Below, piece after piece: positions 1 through 8,267 of a DNA stretch of 32,000 bases. The stretch is from Halomicronema hongdechloris C2206 (GTDB lineage: Bacteria; Cyanobacteriota; Cyanobacteriia; Phormidesmidales; Phormidesmidaceae). A program made the translations under genes and the position numbers. The stretch spans positions 2,610,001 through 2,642,000 of the forward strand of contig NZ_CP021983.2 of NCBI RefSeq assembly GCF_002075285.3. Reading direction: 5' to 3'. Below the pieces are notes generated by a model that did not search any database, had not been told where the DNA came from, and worked only from the letters and a program-made list of their open reading frames with translations. The first letter of the stretch is position 1. Every line of letters starts with the position of its first letter.

Positions 1-348
1 CTAGTCTCGGGGCTGATGACCCTGAAGGCGACGGCCCAAGCGGCCACGCCCTACGACGCGGCCATGGCCAATGGCAAGCCCACCCTGCTGGAGTTCTATG
101 CCGACTGGTGCACCACCTGTCAGGCCATGGCCCCCACCCTGCAGGCCCTCCATCACCAGTTTGGCCACCAGGTGAACCTAGTCATGCTGAATATAGACGA
201 TCCCCAATGGCAGCAGCCCCTCGAGCGGTTTCAAGTTAAGGGGGTCCCCCACCTGGTGTTGCTGCAGGCCGACGGCACCGTTGCCGATAGCGTCACGGGC
301 AAAGTTCCCCGGTCCATCCTGAGCCATCGCCTGGGTGATCTCCTCTGA
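1..348 (+). CDS. Thioredoxin-like protein, 5' end outside window
   Basis: The frame is open back to base 1. A CxxC redox motif WCTTC sits in 'LLEFYADWCTTCQAMAP', and 'KGVPHLVLL' matches the cis-Pro region of the thioredoxin fold. Confidence 0.8.
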   Translation, partial: LVSGLMTLKATAQAATPYDAAMANGKPTLLEFYADWCTTCQAMAPTLQALHHQFGHQVNLVMLNIDDPQWQQPLERFQVKGVPHLVLLQADGTVADSVTGKVPRSILSHRLGDLL

Positions 349-491
349 GACCATCTGCCATGGCTATGCTGCAGCGGCTGCTCCAGTTCTTAGACTTCCA
401 GCCACCGAATTTGTGCCGATTGTTTGCTGCCTCCGAGCAACCGGGTCGGGGTGGCATTAACCTGATGCGATCGCAAGCCCCAAGCGTTGCC

Positions 492-1202
492 CTAAGACCG
501 CAAAGACCTATCTTTCTGGCTATGAGGTTCTCGGTACATCCCATAGGCCGCAAAAATCCCCAACAAAAAGCCAAACAAATGCCCCCACCAAGCCACCATG
601 GGCTGGGTGGGGAATACACCCCAGATGAAGGCGCTGTAGTTGATTAACACGAATACCGAGATCACCAGGGGAACAAACCGCTTCTCCAGCCAGCCGATCA
701 CCAGCAAGTAGCCGAACAGGGTATACACCACCCCACTCAGCCCATGGGCCGGCTGCGGCGCCAATAGCCAACTTGCCAGCCCTCCTCCCAGCCAGCCGAT
801 CAGCACTGTGGTCCAGTAATCCCGCTTACTCTTGGCCAGAATCAGCCAACTAAAAATGGCAAAGGCAATGCTATTCCCGAGCAGATGGGCAAAGTTAGCA
901 TGGGAAAAGGCCGAGAGAAAAATACCAGGGATGCCATCGGGTGAGCGGGGGTAGACCGGAAAATTCCATTGACCCCGAAACAGCACCTGGTCGATGATTT
1001 CCTGGGCCCAAGGCAGCGCCAGAATCGCCAAGGGAAGGCAAGCTGTATAGCGCAGACGCTGCAGCCACCCCTGCTTCGTCGACGATTTCGTCGACATGGA
1101 CTGCCGGGAAGACGCAGTGGCCGGCGGCGATCCATGACCAAGCTCGACCTCGTCGGATAATCGTTGCAACCGAGCCTTTAGTTCTTCATCGTCCAACGCC
1201 AT
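492..1202 (-). CDS. Rhomboid family intramembrane serine protease
   Basis: 236-aa polytopic protein with 'HANFAHLLGN', the GxSG motif 'HGLSGVVYTLFGY' and the catalytic His region 'WWGHLFGFLLG'. Confidence 0.85.
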   Translation of the reverse strand: MALDDEELKARLQRLSDEVELGHGSPPATASSRQSMSTKSSTKQGWLQRLRYTACLPLAILALPWAQEIIDQVLFRGQWNFPVYPRSPDGIPGIFLSAFSHANFAHLLGNSIAFAIFSWLILAKSKRDYWTTVLIGWLGGGLASWLLAPQPAHGLSGVVYTLFGYLLVIGWLEKRFVPLVISVFVLINYSAFIWGVFPTQPMVAWWGHLFGFLLGIFAAYGMYREPHSQKDRSLRS

Positions 1203-1387
1203 GGCTGCTCCTCCCAGACCTTGCCTCGATCATAGAGGATGTTGCCGAGGGCTTAAATATCCAAGGCCTGGCGCAACCGTGCCTGGTCTCGGCGTTAACG
1301 GTAAATCGTCCCGGCTCAATATCACGCCCCCAACTCTGGCTCTTCCCCAGCCGATCTGCCAGGGGGCGCTGGCTGACGGAAGGTGTT

Positions 1388-1873
1388 ATGGGTTTGGCCA
1401 ACGGCTTTGGGAGTATTCATCGACATGAGATAGAACGGATTTCATCTCTTGAGGCCAGTATAGGACTGTCCCATGAGACTGTCCTGTCTGGACGCCTAAG
1501 GCCGAGTAGAAAGATAATGACGGCAGCTTGGGAGCGAGTCATGGGCTTTCCCGTCCCTGGTGATGCCGTCGAACAAACCCTGGATCTGAATCGTCATCTG
1601 GCTCGGAACCCAGCGGCCACCTTTTTTATGACTGTCGATGGCAAGATTCAGACGGACGGCGAGGTGCAGCTGGGAGATGTGCTCGTGGTCGATCGCTCTC
1701 ACCACCCCAAGGATGGCAGTTTGGTGGTGGCGGTCATGGCCGGGGAATTCCATGTGTTGAGGATCCAGCACCACCGGGACACCTTTATCCCAGCCCAGAT
1801 GACCTGGGACCCTGACAGCTCTATCTCCCTGCAGATCTGGGGCGTCGTTACCGCGATTATCCGCAGGGTCTAG
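1388..1873 (+). CDS. UmuD-like S24 (LexA/UmuD) family protein with the catalytic Ser and Lys positions substituted
   Basis: '[46 protein letters not shown]' matches the UmuD layout, and the gene sits 2 nt upstream of the umuC stub. An alternative ATG at 1517 is possible. Confidence 0.7.
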   Translation: MGLANGFGSIHRHEIERISSLEASIGLSHETVLSGRLRPSRKIMTAAWERVMGFPVPGDAVEQTLDLNRHLARNPAATFFMTVDGKIQTDGEVQLGDVLVVDRSHHPKDGSLVVAVMAGEFHVLRIQHHRDTFIPAQMTWDPDSSISLQIWGVVTAIIRRV

Positions 1874-1875
1874 CC

Positions 1876-2135
1876 ATGTTTGTCCTGGTTGACTGCAACA
1901 GCTTCTTTGCCTCCTGTGAGAAGGTCTTCCGCCCAGACTTGGAAGGCAAGCCAGTGGTGGTGCTCTCCAATAACGACGGCTGTACGTGGCCCGCTCCCCT
2001 GAAGCCAAAAAGCTGGTGCCGATGCAGGCCACCCTGTTCTCCATTAAGGATCGGATTCAGCAGGGAAACCTCCATGCCTTCTCTTCCAATCCGGTCCTCT
2101 ATCGAGACATGTCGCGGCGGGTGCGTATTCTCCTA
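1876..2135 (+). pseudogene. umuC: umuC (Y-family DNA polymerase V subunit) N-terminal stub of about 86 codons with a 1-nt frameshift
   Basis: '[36 protein letters not shown]' is in frame 1. Homology then continues in frame 3 as '[49 protein letters not shown]', so the shift lies at about 1981-1985. Homology stops before the SIDE catalytic motif. Confidence 0.85.
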
Positions 2136-2577
2136 ACTTCGGGCTCTTGGCCGCTTTTGGTGAGCCATCCAGAGAGAGCTACAGACAGAGGATCTAATGA
2201 ACCTCTCTTCCGTACAACAGTTGGAAGGACACGGAAGCTGACGGAGCGAGGGTTACAGCGGCAGGAAGCCTGGGCGATGATTAAGTGACGAGCAGCTCGC
2301 AGCGGGGGTGAATGCTGACGCCTGCAACCACACCTTTCGGGCGTCAGGGATTACGAACTTTCTTAGGAATGGTGGAAGCAGGGATAATGCACAGAAGATT
2401 GCAGCGCATGAAGATAGTCGGACTACAGCGCTGTATGACCGGCGCGAAGACACGATCAGTCTTGATGAGATTGAGCGAATACTCTTAGATGTGGTTCCAA
2501 CGTTGACCACGGCATCTCTCCCGGAGGGTGAACCAGGTCCTCATCGGCTACCTGAACTTCCGAAACGGGATTATTAG
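2136..2577 (+). pseudogene. Tyrosine recombinase (phage integrase family), C-terminal fragment only, with an in-frame stop and a frameshift
   Basis: 'PLFRTTVGRTRKLTERGLQRQEAWAMIK' is followed by TGA at 2286-2288. After a frame change in the G-run near 2304-2308 it continues as 'CNHTFRASGITNFLRNGGSRDNAQKIAAHEDSRTTALYDRREDTISLDEIERI' (HxxR and H..Y catalytic boxes). No N-terminal half is present. Confidence 0.8.
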
Positions 2578-2734
2578 CCCCAGCCACTTTGAGGGGTTTA
2601 AGCGGGATGCCCAGGACGTGTTTTCGTATAAGACTGTGCGATCGCACTGGGAGAAGGCCCGGATGGCCCATTCGGAGGAGTTTCGGTTATTCGTAGAGAC
2701 AGAACTCATGTGGCGAGACGAGGTGGCCGCATGA
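2528..2734 (+). CDS. Orphan 68-codon ORF, possibly the 3' fragment of a larger gene
   Basis: GTG start, and the frame opens only at 2507. It overlaps the tail of the integrase pseudogene. I recognised no family with confidence. Confidence 0.25.
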   Translation: MNQVLIGYLNFRNGIISPSHFEGFKRDAQDVFSYKTVRSHWEKARMAHSEEFRLFVETELMWRDEVAA

Positions 2735-2791
2735 CAATGCCCCTAGCCTCACAGGAAGCCAGAGGCAAAGCTTTGAGCCTCGACAGCTAGA

Positions 2792-2998
2792 CTATTGCGC
2801 CTTTAGGAACGCGATCAGCTCTGGCGTAATCTCCACCACCTCTTCATGGGCAAGGACAGTGAGCCCAGCGTGGCTCGTCCGGTTGAGCTTGCTGCCCTGC
2901 ACAAACATCCGGCCAGCAGCATCTGCATAGAGCGCTGGACACATGCCGCTGTCACACGGGCGCACGAGAACCGTCAGACCTTGTGGGGTCGTCTTCAT
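2792..2998 (-). CDS. Hypothetical small protein (68 aa)
   Basis: The ATG at 2998 is preceded by a strong Shine-Dalgarno AAGGAGG 5 nt upstream. The product begins 'MKTTPQGLTVLVRPCDSGMCPALYADAAGRMFVQGSKL'. The longer track ORF (start 3043) is unlikely. Confidence 0.55.
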   Translation of the reverse strand: MKTTPQGLTVLVRPCDSGMCPALYADAAGRMFVQGSKLNRTSHAGLTVLAHEEVVEITPELIAFLKAQ

Positions 2999-3052
2999 AG
3001 GAGCCTCCTTAGATTGTGTGAGAAGTGTTGCTGGTAGATTCACCCCAAAGGG

Positions 3053-3352
3053 TTACCAGGGGAGCCATTTCCTGACGTGCGTTGCGGTATCTTGCACGGT
3101 TTCTACCACGCGCTCATCTTTCTGCCGTTGTGAGCCGTGGTTATTCCCCTGTAGGTCATAGTTGAGTCGATGTGTTGAGATGGTCTCAGACACCATGTAT
3201 GCCTTCTGTGCTTCCTTTGGCAGGGTGGAGCGATCCCCTTTTTTACCGCCGGTTGCTTCATACAGCTCATCGACACCGCAGTCGAAGAGTTCTTTGGTCT
3301 CAGCCCGGACGGCGCGAGGGTAAGCCCTGTTGCTGCCACCGGCGTCTTTCAC
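3053..3352 (-). CDS. Hypothetical protein, possibly the C-terminal fragment of a phage-type P63C/DinD-like protein
   Basis: GTG start, with the frame open from about 3385 and no ATG. 'ETKELFDCGVDELYEATGGKKGDRSTLPKEAQKAYMVSETI' loosely resembles the C-terminal region of DinD/P63C-type prophage proteins. This is recalled by eye, not searched. Confidence 0.3.
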   Translation of the reverse strand: MKDAGGSNRAYPRAVRAETKELFDCGVDELYEATGGKKGDRSTLPKEAQKAYMVSETISTHRLNYDLQGNNHGSQRQKDERVVETVQDTATHVRKWLPW

Positions 3353-3396
3353 TGCTTTGGTGAAATCCTTATTGACGGTGGCTGAAGTCTACTCGC

Positions 3397-3858
3397 TCAT
3401 GCCGGGAGAGCTTCTGTGAGTCGCCCAGCAAGCTCAGTTGGGAGTCGGTCTCGTCCTCGTTGCTCTGCTACCAATTGATAAAACCCATCGGCGTCTCTCC
3501 TGTCGCTCGGGGTAAATGAATCGGACAGTAGTTGTTCAAGGCCGAGCCTGATGAGGTCGAGTGCGCCGGGAATCATCAGGAACTCATCGAAGATGCGGTG
3601 GCGGAACTCGTAGTCCCACCGGTCCTCGGTGAAGTTGAGGGTATGGAGCACCAGGTAGTGGGCATCAAGGCAGTCATGGAAGGCGTTGAGCGACTCATAG
3701 CGTGCCAATGCCCGAATCCAGGTTTCCTTATACCGGAGGTCACCAAACTCTTTCCGCACCTCTTTCTTGAAATTTTCAGGCAGCACAACGCAGCCGCGAT
3801 AGCTGGCTAAAAACTCCCACGCATCAAAGACCTTTGGTTTTAGCTCGTAGAGTTTCAT
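3397..3858 (-). CDS. Hypothetical protein (153 aa), no recognisable family
   Basis: Intact ATG-initiated ORF with a non-repetitive, helical-looking sequence. It is the first of three co-directional minus-strand ORFs. Confidence 0.5.
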   Translation of the reverse strand: MKLYELKPKVFDAWEFLASYRGCVVLPENFKKEVRKEFGDLRYKETWIRALARYESLNAFHDCLDAHYLVLHTLNFTEDRWDYEFRHRIFDEFLMIPGALDLIRLGLEQLLSDSFTPSDRRDADGFYQLVAEQRGRDRLPTELAGRLTEALPA

Positions 3859-3959
3859 GGACTGTGGAGAGGCTCATGACGAGGCTGTCATAAGCATAAC
3901 TCCGAAATATGTGAGCGAAGAGGAGCCCCTCTTCATACGCTAGGATAGCACGTAGGATT

Positions 3960-3986
3960 CTTCTGGCTTCTAGTAGAAGCCAGAAG
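3960..3986. promoter_or_regulatory. Perfect 27-bp palindrome (13-bp arms, 1-nt centre), candidate operator
   Basis: CTTCTGGCTTCTA-G-TAGAAGCCAGAAG lies in the divergent spacer between the 3858 (-) and 4024 (+) start codons, 38 bp upstream of the RHH-like gene. Confidence 0.5.
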
Positions 3987-4023
3987 GTGAAATTTCTTTA
4001 CATCTGCACCTGGAGGATACGAT

Positions 4024-4227
4024 ATGGAGGAAATGTATTCCTGTGATGAACCAGTGGGGCAGCGCGATCGTATCTCTATAGATGTCAGTGATCTTCGAGA
4101 ACAGATAGAGCAGTGCCGCGACGATGCGGCATGGAGTGAGCTGCCGTTGTCAGCGAAAATCCGTGTGCTTGTGAAGGAGCGGCTTGCTGAGCTGTCGCCA
4201 GACAAGTCATCGTCCTTTGACTCCTAA
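4024..4227 (+). CDS. Small ribbon-helix-helix (CopG/antitoxin-like) protein
   Basis: A GGAGG Shine-Dalgarno lies 7 nt upstream of the ATG. 'RISIDVSDLREQIEQ' (beta strand plus helix) and 'SAKIRVLVKERLAEL' fit the RHH pattern. Confidence 0.5.
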   Translation: MEEMYSCDEPVGQRDRISIDVSDLREQIEQCRDDAAWSELPLSAKIRVLVKERLAELSPDKSSSFDS

Positions 4228-4531
4228 CCGCTCTTCCTGGCGTTGCCAGTACAATGGGGCATCCTTTCCCCTGTCCTCTCCCCTCTCAGCTATTCATCGC
4301 GATCTGCTGCAACCGCTTGGCCGGGTTCTCATCGGCAAAGTCTAGCAACTCTATGTGGGTCATAGCAGTTCCCCCGGGCGGGCCTTCAGCGACTCCACCA
4401 TCGATGTTCTTACCCGTGTGATAGATGCCGCTGCCGTCCGTCACGATGAACTCTGACCTAATCAGTCTAAGAGTGTTCCAGCTAAATACCTATCCGAGGA
4501 CACCCGGCCACAGGGCTAAGGGCATGAGTTC

Positions 4532-4556
4532 AGTGTCTTGAACGGGACACTTTTTT
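4532..4556 (+). terminator. Candidate intrinsic terminator (weak)
   Basis: AGTGTC-ttgaacgg-GACACT followed by TTTTTT. The T-run is on the plus strand only. Confidence 0.4.
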
Positions 4557-4568
4557 AGATGGAATACT

Positions 4569-5186
4569 CTAATGGGCCTGCAATTGGTGATGACACAACT
4601 CAAAGAAGGCTCGCAATTTGCCTAGCAAAATCGGCATTTCTCCGATACCGTACAGCAACGACTCCGACACCTCGCCCGGTGAGGCTAATCGGTAAAACTT
4701 CCAGCCTTCACCATTGGTAACGATGCCATGGATATCGATAGCCTGTCCCAGCTGACAATTTACCCACTGGCAGGCTTGCATCTCCACTAGGCACTGGGCT
4801 GCCCCTTGCTCAAAATCATCTTTCTTAGCTTCGATGATGCACCCAAATGGGGCTTCCAGATAGGCTCGACGCTCTGCGATCAAATAATCCACATTGCCGC
4901 AGACTGTTTCTCCTTCCAGGTAAGCTCCCTTCCAGACCTTTAGCTGATCAAACCCCTCCAACCCTTCCTCGCAAATGGCGTCAATCAACAAGGTTTTAGA
5001 TACTTCTAGGCTTTCTAGGTCAAACCGTTGCAGCCGTTGCAGTCGTTGGCGAAAGAAATCGCTGATGGGAATCGGCTCAGCGATGATGTCCCAACGGGTG
5101 AGGTTTCTAATCCCTAAGTGCTTAAACGCTTCTTTGTAGGTGAAGCTGGAAAAGGGTCGCTTTCGCTGTTGAGTGACTTGGGACAT
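4569..5186 (-). CDS. PD-(D/E)xK nuclease-fold protein (type I restriction HsdR N-terminal-like domain), stand-alone
   Basis: 'VDYLIAERRAY....GCIIEAKKDDFEQGAAQCLVEMQAC' matches the D..(E/D)xK..Q core. The ATG at 5186 is preferred over the TTG at 5204. Confidence 0.6.
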   Translation of the reverse strand: MSQVTQQRKRPFSSFTYKEAFKHLGIRNLTRWDIIAEPIPISDFFRQRLQRLQRFDLESLEVSKTLLIDAICEEGLEGFDQLKVWKGAYLEGETVCGNVDYLIAERRAYLEAPFGCIIEAKKDDFEQGAAQCLVEMQACQWVNCQLGQAIDIHGIVTNGEGWKFYRLASPGEVSESLLYGIGEMPILLGKLRAFFELCHHQLQAH

Positions 5187-5220
5187 GGGCAGGCGGTGAC
5201 TCAACTATTCACTATTATGC

Positions 5221-5920
5221 TGGTAAGTAGGTTGCCGTAAATATTTTTAAGATGGGGGAGAGGCCGATATCGAGCTCTATGCCAGCTCCCTTACGTATCC
5301 AACTCACTGAAGACGCCAACCAGCAATTGCGGCAACTGAGCTTGTCGGATGACCAGTCTCCGACTGTGAAACTCTGAGCGATGGCACTGCGGTTGAACGC
5401 CGATGGTTGGAATGTCCCGGCAATTGCCAAGCATCTCGGGCCGCATGACCAGACGATTCGCACCACGCTCAAGCGGTGGCAGCACCAAGGCCTCGCTGGC
5501 CTATGGGATGCCCCTCGCTTTTGACTATGGCCTTGTCATCGGACGCTTCAACACCCAGCGCTATCTGCCCTTGATGCACTGGCAAGCGCCCAAAGCTCAG
5601 CAACATCTGCAAGAGACTGGAGAAATTACCGTTGTCATTCAAGACGGCGCTTCCTTTCATCGTAGCCACAAGACTCAGCAACACTGGTCATCTTGGCAGG
5701 AGCAAGGCCTCTTTATCTTCTTCTTACCGCCGCAATCACCGCAGATGAACCGCATTGAGGAAGAGTGGCTGCATCTCAAACACCATGAGCTCAGCGCCCA
5801 GTTATTTGAAGATGAGTGTGACTTGGCGATCGCCTTGATGCAAGCCATCGATGACCGGGGGCAACGGCGTGGTTATCCGGTTGAGCGTTTTAGGTTTAAT
5901 TCTGGCTAGCTACTTAGCCA
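5221..5920 (+). mobile_element. IS630-family insertion sequence, internally deleted non-autonomous copy
   Basis: Imperfect terminal inverted repeats are TGGTAAGTAGGTTGCC (5221-5236) and the reverse complement of 5904-5920, TGGCTAAGTAGCTAGCC (14/16 with one indel). They enclose transposase fragments. Confidence 0.75.
5279..5909 (+). pseudogene. IS630 transposase pseudogene
   Basis: The N-terminal HTH 'MPAPLRIQLTEDANQQLRQLS..TVKL*AMALRLNADGWNVPAIAKHLGPHDQTIRTTLKRWQHQGLAGLWDAPR' has an in-frame TGA at 5375-5377. The DDE C-terminus 'ITVVIQDGASFHRS..FFLPPQSPQMNRIEEEWLHLK' is in another frame. About 140 central codons are missing. Confidence 0.8.
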
Positions 5921-5937
5921 TTTCGATTACGATATAA

Positions 5938-6111
5938 TCGCACCATGAGCTTCCAGGCGTTACCTACACTGGCTCATCGAGTTTTTCCTTGCTGGCAATA
6001 TGGAACTTCACCGCTATCAGCCAGATAGCCCTGAGGATATTTGGGCCATATGCGATCGCATCGCCGACCGCACTGCTATACAGTCTCGATGACAATGACT
6101 CAAGGCCATGA
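5938..6111 (+). pseudogene. 3' remnant (57 codons) of a membrane-protein gene truncated at the IS end
   Basis: The frame opens right after the IS right end and reads 'GSSSFSLLAIWNFTAISQIALRIFGPYAIASPTALLYSL'. Its TGA overlaps the next ATG (ATGA at 6108-6111), which is typical operon coupling. No start codon or 5' part is present. Confidence 0.45.
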
Positions 6112-6542
6112 GCGAGTCGGTTAATCCCCCCAACCCTAGAGAATCCTCACCTCCCTCTGGTGCCGAGGCTCGCTCCTTGGCAGAGTGGCTCACCTTTGCC
6201 CTTGCCACCAGTATCTTAATTGGGCTGGTGGCCCTAGTAATGTACGACTGGCATCTGACCCAGCATCGCCCCCCAGCCTTTCAGGTTGACGTCACAGCAG
6301 ATATCCGGGAGACCGACGGCCACTACTATGTCCCCTTTGCCATTACCAACACTGGGGGGCACATTGCTCGCACAGTGCAAGTTACTGCAGAGCTTCAGCT
6401 GGAAGGCATCCCCAACGAAACCGGAGAACAACAGATTGACTTCCTCTCCGGCAATGAACGCAAGCAGGGGAGTTTCGTGTTTACCCATGATCCCCAAACA
6501 GGTGACCTCATGGTTCGGGTAGCCAGCTATGGCTTACCGTAA
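6108..6542 (+). CDS. Conserved hypothetical single-pass membrane protein (TIGR02588-like)
   Basis: One N-terminal TM helix, 'LTFALATSILIGLVALVMY', is followed by 'YYVPFAITNTGGHIARTVQV..IDFLSGNERKQGSFVF..VRVASYGLP'. The family assignment is from memory. Confidence 0.6.
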   Translation: MSESVNPPNPRESSPPSGAEARSLAEWLTFALATSILIGLVALVMYDWHLTQHRPPAFQVDVTADIRETDGHYYVPFAITNTGGHIARTVQVTAELQLEGIPNETGEQQIDFLSGNERKQGSFVFTHDPQTGDLMVRVASYGLP

Positions 6543-6562
6543 CCAGCTACCCAACCTCGTGC

Positions 6563-7885
<1,323 letters not shown>

Positions 7886-8267
7886 TCATCTAAGGGGGCT
7901 GACTGGCTTATGATTCATCATGTCTGCCCTGGACTATCCCTGCAGATAGCCAAGACTCACAAGCCGCCCCCGTCACAACGCCAACCGTTCAACAATCGTT
8001 AAGGATACGGTGAGTCGACCGGTTGGCGATAGGCTTAAGGGTGCTTTTAGCCCTAGCCCCACCCGATTGACCCTGTCGTCAACTCAATTGACTAAAATGC
8101 TAGTACCCCCCTGAAGGCATCTACTTAGAACATCTGGTTGAGATTTCTCGGTTGAATCTCCGCATTAGACCATACAGCCTGTGGGGGTTTGCTAAGGTCA
8201 GGTAGTATACGCTGCCGCGATAGTCTTATGTTCAAATCTCTGCTTAGCTCGATTGGAGACAATAGCG

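Noticed and set aside
1203-1520. A canonical cyanobacterial LexA box upstream of the umuD-like gene
   Set aside because: I found no RGTAC-N3-DGTWCB-type site by eye. Only the GACTGTCC direct repeat is present, and it is reported under the UmuD finding.
4254-4421. A 55-codon plus-strand ORF downstream of the RHH gene as its missing toxin
   Set aside because: The translation 'MGHPFPCPLPSQLFIAICCNRLAGFSS...' is Pro/Ser/Cys-rich with no toxin motif. The opposite strand here gives the more protein-like, but start-less, frame.
4289-4476. A minus-strand frame 'VFSWNTLRLIRSEFIVTDGSGIYHTGKNIDGGVAEGPPGGTAMTHIELLDFADENPAKRLQQIAMNS' as a gene
   Set aside because: It has no usable start codon for the full frame (only an internal ATG giving 25 aa) and I recognised no family. 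It is probably another gene fragment, so it is mentioned only as part of the degraded island.
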